Source of the DNA: the human T2T-CHM13v2.0 reference genome, Homo sapiens
Assembly: GCF_009914755.1 (NCBI RefSeq)
Contig: NC_060931.1
Direction: 5' to 3' (one strand)
DNA length: 64,000 nucleotides
Shown: piece by piece, positions 14,395 through 28,375 of the stretch
Numbering within the stretch: position 1 is the first letter of the stretch
Layout: each line of letters begins with the position of its first letter
Notes under the pieces: model-generated
Databases searched by the model: none
What the model saw: only the letters and a program-made list of their open reading frames with translations
What the model was told of the DNA's origin: nothing
Made by a program: the position numbers and the translations under genes

Positions 14395-15189
14395 ACTATG
14401 AGGCATCTTGAAAAATGAAAATTCATTAGCAGCGATCTTCATATGACTATTTGTTAGAGTTCTATTTTCTTTTTAGTTTCCACTGGCAAATATATGACTA
14501 TTGAAGCTTAACAATTTCACAAAAATTACAAAATAGTTTGATATTTTTAAAACAAAACTATTTTCTGAAGATAATAGTATGTGGTAGGCTCCAAATGAAA
14601 GAAAAAATTGATACAAATCTCAAAACTTAAAGGTATTTACATTTTTCTAATGAGGACCAAAAGAGTAATTGCCTGAATTCTAAGAACATGATTTACTAAT
14701 AGATAGGTGCAACCTTTGAAGCAATTACATTAAACACAAACATTATGAAAAATCCTTAAAGGAGTTACAGTCTACGTAGTTTTTAAAGCTTCTTTGTTAT
14801 TTTAGGTATAAAATTTTCAACACAATGACTTTGGGTAAAATTTCAAATGTGTTTTACTTATGAAGCATAGTTTTCCTGATAGTGTTTTGTTTTAATTTAA
14901 AAAGCTGTTTTGGGGCATGAATACAAATGGAAATTTTTGCCAGGGAAAATTTGCAAATATTTAATCTATCATGTCGGTAACAGTTAGTTGAAGATTTTAC
15001 TAAATTCTTTAACAAAAAAATCCTGAGCTTAAGGTCACCCAAATCTAATATTTGAGTCTATATTTATTTTTTTAAAAAAATTATTGAAAAAATTTTAGAT
15101 AATGTGGGAAGGAGCAAGTAGAGGGAAAAGAAAAATCACCTCTAATACCTAATTTGTATTTTTTTGGGTTTTTAAAATGATAAATTATG

Positions 15190-15345
15190 ACAGCAGCATC
15201 CTTTCTTAAGTACTTTCTATGTCCTTGGCCCAGTTATAAGTGCTTTAAATAAATTATTTCTTTTAATCTTTAAAAACCTCAGTTACGTAAGTATTATTAT
15301 CCTCAGTTACACATAATGGATCTGAAAAGCAAAGAAATCAGATAA
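15190..15345 (-). mobile_element. MIR fragment
   Basis: taagtgctttaaataaattatttcttttaatc...gtaagtattattatcctcagttacacataatg. Confidence 0.55.
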
Positions 15346-15351
15346 ATTATT

Positions 15352-15883
15352 GTGTTAATTTGGGTCCCCTGGGATGGAATTAGACATGCAAAAGATTTAT
15401 TGGGGGATATTTTTGTGAAGGATCCAGAGAAGAGGGGAAGGGGGAAGGCATGGAGAGCCTTCAGGTACTTGTGAAAAGGGAGGGGTAGGAAGGACAATTG
15501 TGTAGGAAGAAACTCAGACCACAGTGCAGCTCTCGGAAAATCTCAGCCAGGTTGTCACAAACCTTGGCTCTAGTTGGAGATGGCGTAGAGATGTCTTCTG
15601 GTGCAAAGTTTGCCTCTTAGAGGAGAATTCTGCCTTTAGGAGAAATGGCTTGGCTCTTATTCTCTAGCCATACTCAATTGTTACAGATGTACTTCATTAT
15701 TACATATCCAATGCCAATCACTACAACAAGGATTTATACTGTCTGGGGCACACCTGGGGAAACTGTGGTCATGGTAAATTTTGGGATAGATCTAATGGTA
15801 GGGCAGCTGTCAGCCAACTTCTTACCTCACAGCAAATTCCCTTGAAAGCAAGTCTGAGCAACCATGACTCCCACACTAGCCAC
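15352..15883 (-). mobile_element. LTR16-family ERVL solo LTR
   Basis: tgtgttaatttgggtccc...gatggaattagacatgcaaaagatttattggggga...ctcagaccacagtgcagctct. Confidence 0.7.
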
Positions 15884-16182
15884 AAGTCACAAACCGAAGA
15901 GTATCAGAGTTACAATTTCATTTATTTCCCAAACCTGTGATATTACAACTCTCTACTATAGTTTGTACACTTTACGTAATTGACATCATACTACTTTTTG
16001 TACTTCAAATAGACTGTGCATAATTTTCATGTCATTATTGTTGCAACAAAATTGAATTATTAAATAAAATGTGACTTTTATTTTTGGCAATATGGGAGGC
16101 TAGTACCTTGATTGACAGTTCACCAAAACAGTTAAAATTCTGGATAAACTGCTACTTATATTAGTGATATTTATTTGTGTAT

Positions 16183-16486
16183 TTTTATTATTTTATTTTA
16201 TTTATTTATTTTTTGAGACGGAGTCTTGCTCTGTCTCCCAGGCTAGAGTGCAGTGGCATGATCTCAGCTCACTTCAACCTCCGCCTCCTGGATTCTCATG
16301 CCTTAGCCTCCCCAGTAGCTGAGATTACAGGTGTGCATTATGCCTGGCTAATTTTTGTATTTTTAGTAGACACAAGGTTTCACCATGTTGGCTAGGCTTG
16401 TCTTGAACTCCTGACCTCAGGTGATCCACCTGCCTTGGCCTCCCAAAATGCTGGGATTACAGGTGTGAGCAACTGCGCACAGCCCC
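16183..16486 (-). mobile_element. AluS
   Basis: Antisense dimer with (TTTA)n tail. Confidence 0.93.
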
Positions 16487-17169
16487 CTTATTTGTAATTT
16501 TTAAATGCATTGTTGAGCTTAGACCAAAAAGAAGCCAAGATGGAAACTCAGAAATAGGACTGCTGAGAAAAATTTATTGTAACAAAACTTGGCTCTAGGT
16601 TGAGTGGGCGGGGCTATCACCTCAGAAAACTGATAGCCATCATGTGGTCCCAAGATGGATTTGTAGCCCAAATATTCATTACCTGTGGTGCCTTTGACTG
16701 TTTGGCAGAAAATAAAAATAAAAAATAAATATAATAAACTGTTGGAGCAAGTGATAATCAACATAAACCTCAAAACAAACTCCACAATAAAGTATCAAGG
16801 AAAAACAGTAACATATATGATGGTAACATTTTTCATATATAGAAAAATATCACAAAATATACAAAATAAATATGGAAAATATTTATTGGGGGAGATTCTT
16901 CAGAAGGACAAAGAGGAGAAGGAGAAGGACAAGGGAAAGTAATAAAAACTAAAATAGATCTATATTAATTGTCATATACTTAAGGGAAGATACACTTAAA
17001 AGATGGTACAAAATATGTTCTGAATTTGGTACAAATGTTGACCACATAAGTGTTTGTGAAATTGCTAATATAAATGCTTGTTACATTGATTGATGTTGGA
17101 TATATAATAATGAAGTAATATGTAACAATTTAAAATATGTTTTGCAATTTTTTGAGAGATAAGAATGAT

Positions 17170-17440
17170 CATACACAGTAAGTATAAATTGATTTCTAGA
17201 AGACAATTTGGCTATATGTATGAAGGCCTATATGAATGTATGAAAATGCATACATTTTGACACAGCAATCTAATTTACATGATTTATTACAAGAAATAAT
17301 AAGAAACATACATAAAGCTTTATTTACAACAACCATCATAAGATCACTTTGCACAATAGTAGAAAATCAGGAACTAAATATCTTAAATTAGGATATCTAT
17401 TAAATAAATTATGGCATAGTCATATGATGACATGATGACA
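17170..17440 (+). mobile_element. L1ME-type fragment (ORF2 C-terminus region)
   Basis: ttctagaagacaatttggc...catacattttgacacagcaatc...ttaaataaattatggcatagtcata. Confidence 0.55.
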
Positions 17441-17578
17441 TGCTGTATTATATCTGCTGGTTTTTAAGACTTTGTGTTTGGTGTTCTGAAATTTTACTAA
17501 GCTATCTCTCTCCCTCCCTCCCTCTCCCTCTTGTTCTCTGGATGTTTTATATTAAAGAAAGAGTTACCTAAATTTTTG

Positions 17579-17698
17579 TGGAGTGAATATCCCATACCCA
17601 AAAATTGAATGGAGTGAATACCCCATACCCAAAAATTCAGAAAGCATATTTTTCATCTTAACTATGCTACATTAGTTAAGACGAAAAATATGCTTTCT
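17579..17698. repeat. 28-bp tandem duplication immediately followed by a 26-bp inverted repeat
   Basis: Direct copies at 17579-17606 and 17610-17637 (1 mismatch). Inverted arms at 17639-17664 and 17673-17698 (1 mismatch, 8-nt loop). Confidence 0.9.
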
Positions 17699-18448
17699 AA
17701 ATATATATAAAGACAGTTGAAAAATAATTTGGTTTTAGTGTAACTCAGATAAGTCAAAGAGCACAGGTTCATACAAGATGGGAAAAATATCTTGCCTATG
17801 ATATGTTCTGGAAAAATTTTGGGTGCCAGAATCAACTTTAGAAGTGTATTTACTCAGCAGCTGGGGAGGGGAGGGGAATGGATACTTGACTTGACTTTTC
17901 TTCCTGGCCTCTTCATTCCCATGCCCGGGGAGACTAGCAGCAGTTCACAGCTGACAGTGTTTTAGGTCATACCTAACAGATTTTTCACTCACCACTTGGT
18001 TCTTGGCTTTCCCTACTCTAACATTTCCAGGGCAGCAGAAATTCTCTAAAGTAAATGTGGTCATTAGTGCTAAAAAAAAAAAAAAAAGTTTGTCGTGTAG
18101 GAGTTATAACCATACTATGGGCAAGCAGTTTCATATAACTTTATTTTTTTAAAAGGATTAATTAGCATTTAATATTAAATGCTAACAATCAGCTTTTTGA
18201 GTGTGGCTTAAAAAACAATTTTAGAAAACACTACTTAAAATATACATCCAAACCAGAAAATAGTTTTTAAAATTATACCATGTGTCCTGATTTTTGTCCT
18301 GCTTTGGAAAATCTTCACCATATTCTCTTAAGCTGGAGAAGAAGTTAACAGAAGTTAAATTTTTACCTTTAAAAATTATCCTAAAATAACATAAACGAAG
18401 ATGAAAGTTACATTTTATTTCCTACTTGTTTGCACTGTTTGAAGAAAC

Positions 18449-18521
18449 GTATATGTTATATACATGATATGTATGTTATACATGTTATATATATGTTATA
18501 TATATGTTTTACATATATATG
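18449..18521. repeat. AT-rich ~12-bp minisatellite (tatgttatata-like)
   Basis: gtatatgttatatacatgatatgtatgttatacatgttatatatatgttatatatatgttttacatatatatg. Confidence 0.75.
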
Positions 18522-19279
18522 GGATGCTTATATTACTGTCTGATGTTCACCAATTGCAGCAATTTCCAATAAACATTTAGATATTATTGTTAGTTCCTAA
18601 ATTTCTAATTTGACTACTATGAACTCATTGAGCAATAATGTTACTGAATACCTATGATAGGTAAAATGCTTGCTAGGTTTTGTAAGAGTCCAAATATATG
18701 TAGGTGATGTCACTGCCTTCAAGTTAAACCAAAATTAGAATAAACTGTTTGTGTTATAAAACTCAAGAATCAATATAAATACTCTGATATCTTAATGTAG
18801 AAATTGACTCTAAATTATTCTGATTTAGTAGATTGGAACTTTCCAAAACCTTTGATTTTAGCCTCAAAACATAGTAAGAAGTATAGAAGTAAAACATCCT
18901 TCCCTACATGTCTTTTGGACATCAGTGATTCTTCACGTTTTGCTGGACTAAAGATGAGTTAAAAGACTTTCTCTAAGTGCTTTGATTTGGAGTAACCTCA
19001 TTGATTGTTTCCTTCCTGACATTACTTTGTGAAATTAGATTGGGACACACTTTTCCCTGAAGAGCTCTACATCCACAAATGTTTCCGATTACATGAAAGC
19101 CTTCAGCGTGTGAAGGGTCATCATGCAGAGAAGAGTGTCTGACTTTTCCCTATTGCCATGAATGACAGAATAAGATAATATGAGTTTAAATTGAAAGAGA
19201 AGAAGGGATTTGGCTTACCTATGGGGAAGGTTTTATTATTTAAACCCTTCTATCTTAGAGTAGCATGAACCTCCTGTAG

Positions 19280-20050
19280 TTAATAAGAGCTAAGAGCTAC
19301 TTGGAACTTACTATGTTTCAGGGATTGCCTTAAGCCTCTTACCTATGTTAACTCATTGACTCTTTGCAGTCATCCTGTAAAACAGATACCGTAGTGCCCC
19401 TTTATCCATGGGGGATGTGTTCCAAGCCTACCAGTGAATGCCTGAGACTGCAGATAGTACTGGACTCTATATACACTATATTTTTTTCTATACATACATA
19501 CCTGTGATAATGTTTAATTTATAAAGTAGGCATAAAGAGACAATAACAATGGTAATTAATAAACAAATATAACAATATACTATAATAAAAGTTATGTAAA
19601 TGTGATCTTTTTCACTCTCTGTCAAAATATCTGGTTGTACTATACGCACTCTTCTTCTTCCTGTGATCTGTTGATCTGATAACCCAGGTAGCTACTGAGT
19701 GAGTAATGGGCAGGTAATAGTGTGCAGTGTGGCTAGGCTGCCACTGCACAAATGGATGATTCATGTCCTAGGCGGGACAGAGCAGGAGGGCATGAGATTT
19801 TATCACACTACTAAGGATGGCATGCAATTTAAAACTTATGAATTGTTTGTTTCTGGAATATTCCATTTAATATTTTTGGATTGTGGTTGACAGCAGGTAA
19901 CTGAAATTGCAGAAAGTGAAATGGTTGGTAATTGATATTACTGTATTATCATTATCCCAACTTGCAGATAAAGAAGCTGAAGCATCAAGAAGTTAAGCCC
20001 CAAAACTTGCTGTTAGCGAATGGAAGAGTTAGGAGTACAAACTCAGGCAA
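19280..20050 (-). mobile_element. MIR split by a MER44 insertion
   Basis: MIR motifs at 19280-19388 resume at 19944 (tattatcattatcccaacttgcagataaagaagctgaagc). Confidence 0.6.
19389..19943 (-). mobile_element. MER44B-like (Tigger7-derived) MITE
   Basis: Terminal ccgtagtgcccctttatccatggggg ... ttactg flanked by TA; ~555 bp; internal gagattttatcacactact...aatttaaaacttatgaattg. Confidence 0.8.
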
Positions 20051-20601
20051 CAAAAGGGAAAAGGAAGAAGTTCCATGCTCTCAACCACTGCATTTCTGGC
20101 ACCTCACCCTGTGCTGCCTTGGTTCCTCACTTACCCCAGCATCTTTCATGCTTAACTTTTCTTACCTTTCCTACAGAGCACATCTTCTCATTCTTGCTTA
20201 TTGGAGAAGCTTGCTTATAAGCAGCTTCTCCAAATCCTATATGCTGAATCATGTAGTTTTAATTAACTCTCCCATAGTATCTTAGAAGTATTATCCATTT
20301 AATCTTTCCTGGGGAGGTACATGCTGGGGAGAGTTCACCTCTACTGCTTTCTAATAAAGTATTTCATAAATTTCACATGATCACCTAGCAGCAACATTTT
20401 CCAGTGATGTTTTATGTATCTTTCTAATCTTATTAATAAACACGTACCTATTAATGACAGAACTAGTCAATTAAAAAGTATTTCAAGAAAGATTTGGAAA
20501 TAAAAATCTCAAACAATATAAGAGGACATATGGTTATGTTTAAATTCTCTATTAAAGAAATGATCTATTCTTTTAGGTAAAGATTCTAAAATCTCCTATT
20601 A

Positions 20602-21102
20602 CAGTTGACCCTAGAACAATGTGGGGGTTGGGGTACCAAACCCCTCACAGTAAAAAATCCACATATAATTTTTAACTCCCCTAAAACTTAAGTACTAATA
20701 GCCTACTGTTGATCAGAAGCCTTATCAATAACATAAACAATCAGTAACACACATTTTGTATGTTATATGTATCATATGCTGTATTCCTACAATAAAGTAA
20801 ACTAGAGAAAGGGAAGTATTATTGAGAAAACCATAAGAAAGAGAAAATATATCTACTATTTATTAAGTGGAAGTGGCTCATCATAAAAGTCTTTATGCTT
20901 GTTGTCTTCATGTTGAGTGGGCTGAGGAGGAGGTAGAAGAAGAGGGGTTGGTCTTGTTGTCTCAGGGGTAGCAGAGGCAGAAGAGGAGGAGAAGGAGGAA
21001 GGAGAGGCAGGAGAGGCAGGCACACTCAATATAACTTTTTGAAAAAATCCACATATAAGTGGACGCACATGTTTCAGACCTGTACTGTTCAAGGGTCAAC
21101 TT
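20602..21102 (-). mobile_element. Tigger2-family MITE (Tigger2a/MER28-like)
   Basis: Terminal inverted repeats cagttgaccctagaaca / tgttcaagggtcaact, preceded by TA. Confidence 0.85.
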
Positions 21103-21760
21103 TGTTTAATACTGAAAGCTTAGATAATCTTAGTTAACTAAACTTAGTTTCTCATTGGTTAGCTAAAGATTATGGTGCACTCCCTCCCAATATGAATCCT
21201 CATTTCCTGCTATGATGAGTTGTGCTTTGCTCCATTTTCCCTGCTTCCATCTGCTACTAGGCTATGATCTCATCAGGTTTCCAAGCCCAGCTGAGTGGGG
21301 GTCTTCTAATGACCCTTATTTTGACAGCATCTACCACAAAAATGATGATGGTGGTGAATTACAGCCACTTTGCATGAAGTAATCTCTGATACAGTATTTC
21401 TTCTTATTTTAATGCGATAGGTAACATCAAAAACTGCTTTTCTCTCTAATGAGTTCTCTTCTCACTCTATGGGTGTCTTGGTTATATACTAAAGCAGACT
21501 TTAAAGAACCTTAATGCAAGATTATGTGGCCAGGTAAAACTCTAAATAGTTTTGAGTAACTCTGGATAAAGCACAGCACACTGAAAAATCATCAATTTCT
21601 TAATGTTCTCTATACAGAATTTCTCAATGAATGATCCTCTGCCACCTTCATCAGAAGATTAAAGGTGGTTTATAAAAATGAAGGCATTGGTCTCTAATTC
21701 TATTCAATCAAAACATCTAGGCATTGCGGATTGAAACCTGCACTTCAAATAACCATCACA

Positions 21761-22157
<397 letters not shown>

Positions 22158-22292
22158 TCACAGGTCAATCTTACCCGTGTTTGGGAACTGATGTTTTGTT
22201 TAGAAAATACCTACCTAGAGAAGCAGTGATACCACAGAGGAATTGTGGACAAGTGCATCCTTCAGACACTTTCTTTAAAAATGAGCTTATGC

Positions 22293-22588
22293 TGTTCCCC
22301 ACCCTCTGTCTAAATGTTCTTATTGTTCGGTTCCCACCTATGAATGAGAACATGTGGTGTTTGGTTTTCTGTCCTTGCAATAGTTTGCTCAGAATGATGG
22401 TTTCCAGCTTCATCCTTGTCTCTACAAAGGACATGAACTCATCCTTTTTTATGGCTGCATAGTATTCCATGGTGTATATGTGCCACATTTTCTTAATACA
22501 TAGTAACAAATCTGCATGTTGTGTACATGAACCCTAGAACTTAAAGCATAATAAATTAAAAAAATAAAGTTTTAATCTATAAACATTA
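22293..22588 (+). mobile_element. Short L1PA 3' end with 5' inversion
   Basis: Antisense L1 at ~22293-22497, then sense terminal L1 and A-rich tail. TSD aaaaatgagctta(t/c)gc at 22277-22292 and 22589-22604. Confidence 0.9.
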
Positions 22589-22929
22589 AAAAATGAGCTT
22601 ACGCTTTAAGTTACTATGGTTTATTTCAGGTGCAGAAAATTATACTAATACAGCTACCCATGGATCCAGCGAAGGACAGGTGCCCTGCATAAAGTAAACT
22701 TGTAGGGGATGGACATAAAAGAATGCCATCTGCTACTGAGATGACCTGGTGCAAAATTCGGCCCAATTGGACTGTTTCATAATGGGTGATCTCATCAATG
22801 TGAGACTGCCCCAATAATAAGTCAATTCCTAATTTGAAATATCCTGGCTAAAAATTGGCACCTGTTCTGATTCTTCATAGAGCTCAATCCCAGTCCTGCA
22901 ATCCCAGTCCTGGAGGTGATGCACCTTTG

Positions 22930-23699
22930 TTGTAGTCGTTGTTTTTTTTTTTCAACTTTTACTTTAAGTTCTGGGGTACATGTTCAGGATGTGCAGGTTT
23001 GTTACATGGGTAAACATGTGCCATGGTAGTTTGCTGCACAGATGAACCCACCACCTAGGTATTAAGCCCAGCGTCCATTTGCTATTATTCCTGATGCTCT
23101 CCCTCCCTCGATTCCCCAACCCCTTGCTACAGGCCCCAGTGTGTGTTGTTCTCTCCCATGTGTCCACGTGTTCTTATCATTCAGCTCTCACTTATAAGTG
23201 AGAACATGCGGTGTGTGGTTTTCTGTTCCTGTGTTAGTTTGCTGAGGATAACAGCTTCCAGCTCCATTCGTGTCCCTGCAAAGGACATGATCTCATTTCT
23301 TTTTATGGCTGCACAGTATTCCATGGTGTGTATGTATCACATTTTCTTTATCCAGTCTGTCATTGATGAGCATTTGGGTTGATTCCATGCCTTTGCTATT
23401 GTGAATAGTGCTGCAATGAACATATAAGTGTGCATGTATCTTTATAACAGAATGATTTATATTCTTCTGGGTATATATCCAGTAGTGGGATTGCTGGGTC
23501 AAATGGTATTTCTGCCTTTAGATCTTTGAGGACTCACCACACTGTCTTCCACTATGGTTGAATTAATTTATACCCCCAACAAGAGTGTAAAAGCATTTCT
23601 TTTTCTCCACAATGTTGCCAGCATCTGTTGTTTCTTAACTTTTTAACAATCACCATTCTGACTGGTGTGAGACAGTATCTCATTGTGGTTTTGATTTGA
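22930..23699 (-). mobile_element. L1PA7/8-like 5'-truncated LINE-1
   Basis: Antisense 3' UTR plus ORF2 C-terminus. Perfect 14-bp TSD gtgatgcacctttg at 22916-22929 and 23700-23713. Confidence 0.92.
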
Positions 23700-24359
23700 G
23701 TGATGCACCTTTGAACAGGAGTCAAGCCGCTGAGATGGTTCTCATGTTTTACTTTCCAACACATCTTTCCAATAACCTGCTACCATCTCATTAGGCTTGG
23801 TTTTTCCTTGCAACTTCAGAGACCTCAACAAAGAATTGCATAAAAACTAATTTAATAGTTTCTATTCAGGACCAGCAAAAGGAAAGAGACCATCAGCAAG
23901 AGAAACAAAGCTATTTTCATTTTATAAAAACATCAAAGTCTCCAATGAGTAGTTATGTTTATTTCAGCTCTCTTTTAATAGTAACAGAGAAAAAATTACA
24001 AAACCAGAATTCTAATTTGTGTGAAAAAAATAGTTTTGAAAGTCAACACTTGGATATTTTGCACTGAGCATGTTTATGGAACATTTCTTTATAATTTAAT
24101 TTTTTTTCCAGGAAGATGCACATAGGTAAGCGGCTTAGGTGCTTCCTAGTTGAATGTGGTTCAATGAAGACAGCATAAGTGTAGAAGTTTGAAGAGTACT
24201 TCTCTTCTACTGTCTCTTGGAATTCTTAAAAATGAGTGAAACTAATAAACAAATAAACTCTAAGTATGTTAAGGGTATATTGAATTGTTAGGTTGCAAAT
24301 AAGAATAATGAAGTGGAAGGAAAATGTTCAAGAAGTAGAAGCTTTACTTCAATTGAAAG

Positions 24360-24690
24360 TCTCTGAGGTCATTGTTTTCCTCCTGCCTTTTGGCCAGGGG
24401 ACCTCTTTCAACTTCTTAATTCACTCTCTTTTGAATGTGGCTCCCTCCATATTAGCCAGCATGTCAAGTCTTTCTCATGCTTCACATTTCTGTCTTTCTC
24501 TTCTGCTTTCTTCTTCTGCTTGGGCTGATGTGATGACATTAGGTCCACCTGGATAATCCACAACACTCCCATTTTGACATCAATTTATTAGTAACCCTAA
24601 TTACATCTACAAGGTCCCACTTACCATGCAATGTGCCATATTCATGGGCATATTTCATTATATTCACGGTTCCTGATATCAGGCCAAGTG
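24360..24690 (-). mobile_element. MLT1 (D/E-like) LTR fragment
   Basis: gatgacattaggtccacctggataatcca...ttagtaaccctaattacatctacaaggtccc. Confidence 0.65.
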
Positions 24691-24719
24691 TTTGATTTAA
24701 ATATTAAAAAGAGATAACT

Positions 24720-24950
24720 TACTCAGTTTATTAATCCAAGAGTATTTATTGATTATGTATTTTGGGTCAGCCCTCTTCTAGGTACTAGAGATTGAGTAGG
24801 AGGAAAATGTTAGGCAAGAAGGTAGCTAATTCATATAGGATGTTGTTCACCATTGTCAGAACTTAGAGTTTTACTTTAGATATCAAGGGAGATCATTGAA
24901 GAGCTTAATGTATGGGATGCAATGATAAGTTACATTTTAAAAGGACACAA
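24720..24950 (-). mobile_element. L2 fragments
   Basis: agtatttattgattatg...ctaggtactagagat and ggagatcattgaagagcttaatgtatgggatgcaatgataag. Confidence 0.5.
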
Positions 24951-27900
24951 ACTGGACTTTCTCTTCCAGAAAGATGGAGCAGATGTACTTTTCCCTATTC
25001 CACCCACTAAATACACTCCCCAGGTAACTCAAGACAGTCTGAAGGCTTTTGCTGTATATTTCTGCTTCCTCTCTCTTTAGTTTTTCTCAAGCAATACCTC
25101 ATTAATTCTTTCATACTTCTGTGACTTAGCATCTGTTTCTGCATGATCAAAACTGACCCATATCCCCAAAGGTCTCCTGCATCCCTACCTGTTTCATTAT
25201 ATAGTAAAAACTCAAATTCTCTTTGATAGATAGAATTAAAAAATCCCAGTTGATGTAATCTCTCTCTCTTTTTTTTTTTCTTTTTTTTTTCTTTTTGCCT
25301 GTTGATTCGGTTGTATAATAGTTCAAAATAGCCAGGTCACATTCTCAGCTTCAAAACTAAAGAAACAATTGTTGTGTTCCCTTGTCAAAGTATTCATCCC
25401 TTGGGACCTAAACCAGTACAGTTTAAAGTTGTGGTGACAAAAAGGAAAATATTTGCTAGGGGATTCCTGGGAGTACTAATAGGAGGAACCACTCTCGTTT
25501 TCACCTGGTAGTTTCTGGACCCAGTAATCCTTACCACAAGAGAATCACCACCATGTATTAATTTCTGATTTGGAGCATATAGCCCACACTGGAGGATATT
25601 AGCCATCCTTACAATGTGTTAACTAGCTGACACTGTAACCGCACTTTCAAAAGTCCATTATACCATAGTATCAGGCCAGCTCAGTGGATTTCATTATCAT
25701 AAGTCCAATGATGAAGCTTATTTGTTCTAAAACAAGTTCCTTGGTAGAGAGCCAGGCTCTGTGGAATAGCTTAATGATGAATAGGTTTTCCATAAATCCA
25801 AAAATGGTGGTTTTTATTAGAAGCATTAAAGGTAAGGAAGACAAATACATACCCAGAATAAGTGCCTATTCCAAAGAGAACATAATGCTTTCTTTTTCAT
25901 AGGGGAGTGGTGCCATTTATCTCCCAGGGAGTTATTTTAGAGAATCAGTGTTGATCTCTGCTGTTGGCCAACTGGGCACTCAGAAGTAGTAAAGTCTCGG
26001 TGAGTGGAAGGCCATGATACTGAGTGAAAGCGAAACCTCTATCCCTGCTGCCATTACCCCTGTGTTCATGAATACATTGTGAAGGATGGAGTTGGCTGTG
26101 GAAAGAGGCTGAGAGACAGCTAAAAATGAGGTATCTGGGCCATTTGATCATCAAGTTCCTCTTTTGCTGAGATCGCTCATTAGTGAGTATTTACATTTGA
26201 TATAAACATTCCTACTCTCTGCGCCCATTCAGAGACGTCACATATCTCATCCCCAAACCTGCCTGTCATTAATTTTCTAACAGTGTTCATTCCAAATTTT
26301 TGACATCAAGCCAAACCATTATCAATGCTCATGAATCTGTGTAGATCCACATACTGAAACATCTCTTTTTTCATGCAAAATGAAAAATCAGGAGTATTGT
26401 TCTAAAGTCTGCCAACTGGGAGGATTTCCTTTTATCCTTTAGGGCCACCCCTGAAGTAGGGCTGTAACATTGCAGTTCCTCACTTTTGGATCATGCCAGA
26501 ATATTGTGCAGAATACAATTTCTTCATCTGAATATTTTCTTTATCATTCAACTGATCACGGTGAAAGTCTTATAAAATGATTGGTGTAGACTGAGAGAGG
26601 AAATGTTTCTCTAGTAGGAGCTGCAGGAGTTGGAGCCATTTGCTTAAACTCATACCTCAGGACCTACTTAGTCTTGATCTCATCTATACTGCTTTTTCCT
26701 GATGAAGAAGTATTGCTGTTCCCACTCAACTTTATAGCTTGGAGGCCATATAACTCCCAGTTCATCATGGGCAGCTCAGAAACTTTAGGGCCAATGATAA
26801 AGAATTCATCTCTATTTGGCCCCACTGGTAAGCCATACCCATTTTTCAAAAGAGAAATAGTTGTCTACAGTGGACAGCATAACTTTGTGCTAAAATCTTA
26901 CAGGTCTATGCTGTATTTCACCTGCAGTGGCTGGTCAAAGACTGCATTCAGCATCCCTATCTGCCACAGACACTTCAAACACTGGTGAATCTTCTGGGTC
27001 ATATGACCCAACTTCAGAACAACTTGCATAGCAGCCTGGAACTGTTGCAGAGTTGTCTTTTGCTTTCGGCCCACTCAAAACTTGCAGCCTTTCACATTTC
27101 TTAGTAAATGGTTTGAAAGAACACACTCAAATAAATTAGTTGATGCCCCCCAAATTACGAAGAAGCCTCCAGGTCTCTTTCATCATGGTAGGAGAGGCTT
27201 TTTCATCATAAGGGCCAATTCAATGTGCCCCATATCACTGAACTCCTAGAAATTTCATTAAGGTGTGAGATCCCTGAATTTTAATGGGTGTTCTTTCCCA
27301 CCCTTTGGTCTACATGTGTCATACTGATGCCTCCATTTCCTGCTCACCAGAAAGTTCCAATCAATGTGATATTATTGTGCTAGACCAGCATGATGTCCTA
27401 TGGGATGAAGAGGTTATCAAAGTGCTTGAAAAGGAAATATGACAGAGGTATGAAGAGTTGAAAACAAACAACTCCTGGTGATCATTACAAGTAAGTGTAA
27501 AGAAAAGAAAAAAAAACAACATTCACCCATTAGTTCAATTGCTGCATACCAGGTACCAAGGGCTATGTTGATTTGTTATAGTCAAGAAACCACATCTAGA
27601 ATAGTCGCTGCAACTGGAGTTACCATCTAATTAAATTTATCATAATTCAGTGCATTCACATTTCTAGTGGCTTCTATTTGGCCTTTCCTACTATAATAGC
27701 CCTCACTTGAGTCAGGAAACTGCTTTGAGGAGTCTGCCAATTGTTAAATATGTCTATTTCAAATCTGCTTTCTGGGGCTGAAGAAATTATTGCAGGGTGA
27801 ATAGAAGACCTACTGGGGCCACTGTCAGACAGACATACATCAAAGCTTTATCATCTGGCTTCCATAAGCTTCTGTCTGGACTTGTGAAGAAGAAGTGGGC

Positions 27901-28261
27901 TTTTTCTCCCCCAAATTAGATTTAATTTAGAGTTAAGGTCCAAAAATTCCCTCAAAGTTTGGTGTTTTCCTTTCCTCAATGCATAGTAACTTTGGTAAAT
28001 GTCCATAGTCCCTTTGGGGAAGGCTAGGAAGAAAAGTTACAAGATAAATTTAGGCAATGTAGAAAGGTCACTCCTCAAGGAACCCAGGCCTTCTTTCATT
28101 TATGGGATGTTGTGTCTGTAAACCAGCTCAAGTCTGGGAATTGGTTGAGGGACCAGAACTCTCTATGATGGTGGTTTAAGTTAGATTTCTGTTTACTATG
28201 CTAAGAATTGCTCTGATTATTCAAATAAAGTACAATGTTTGTAGCCTGCCATATATTTTAC

Positions 28262-28375
28262 TTTTATTTTATTATTTTTTTGAAATGGAGTCTCTGTCAC
28301 CCAGGCTGGAGTGCAGTGGCATGATCTCCACTCACTGCAACCTCCGCCACCCAGGTTCCAGTGATTCTTCCTGCC
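28262..28375 (-). mobile_element. Alu right-arm fragment
   Basis: gaaatggagtctctgtcacccaggctggagtgcagtggc...gtgattcttcctgcc. Confidence 0.85.

Noticed and set aside
14387-14405. Hairpin tgcctcata-c-tatgaggca
   Set aside because: A 9-bp stem is within chance expectation for 64 kb.
17579-17637. CRISPR-like repeat array
   Set aside because: Only two copies separated by 3 nt, in eukaryotic DNA.
22885-22912. 14-bp tandem duplication caatcccagtcctg x2 beside the L1 TSD
   Set aside because: Ordinary slippage-type duplication outside the TSD, with no evidence of a link to the insertion.
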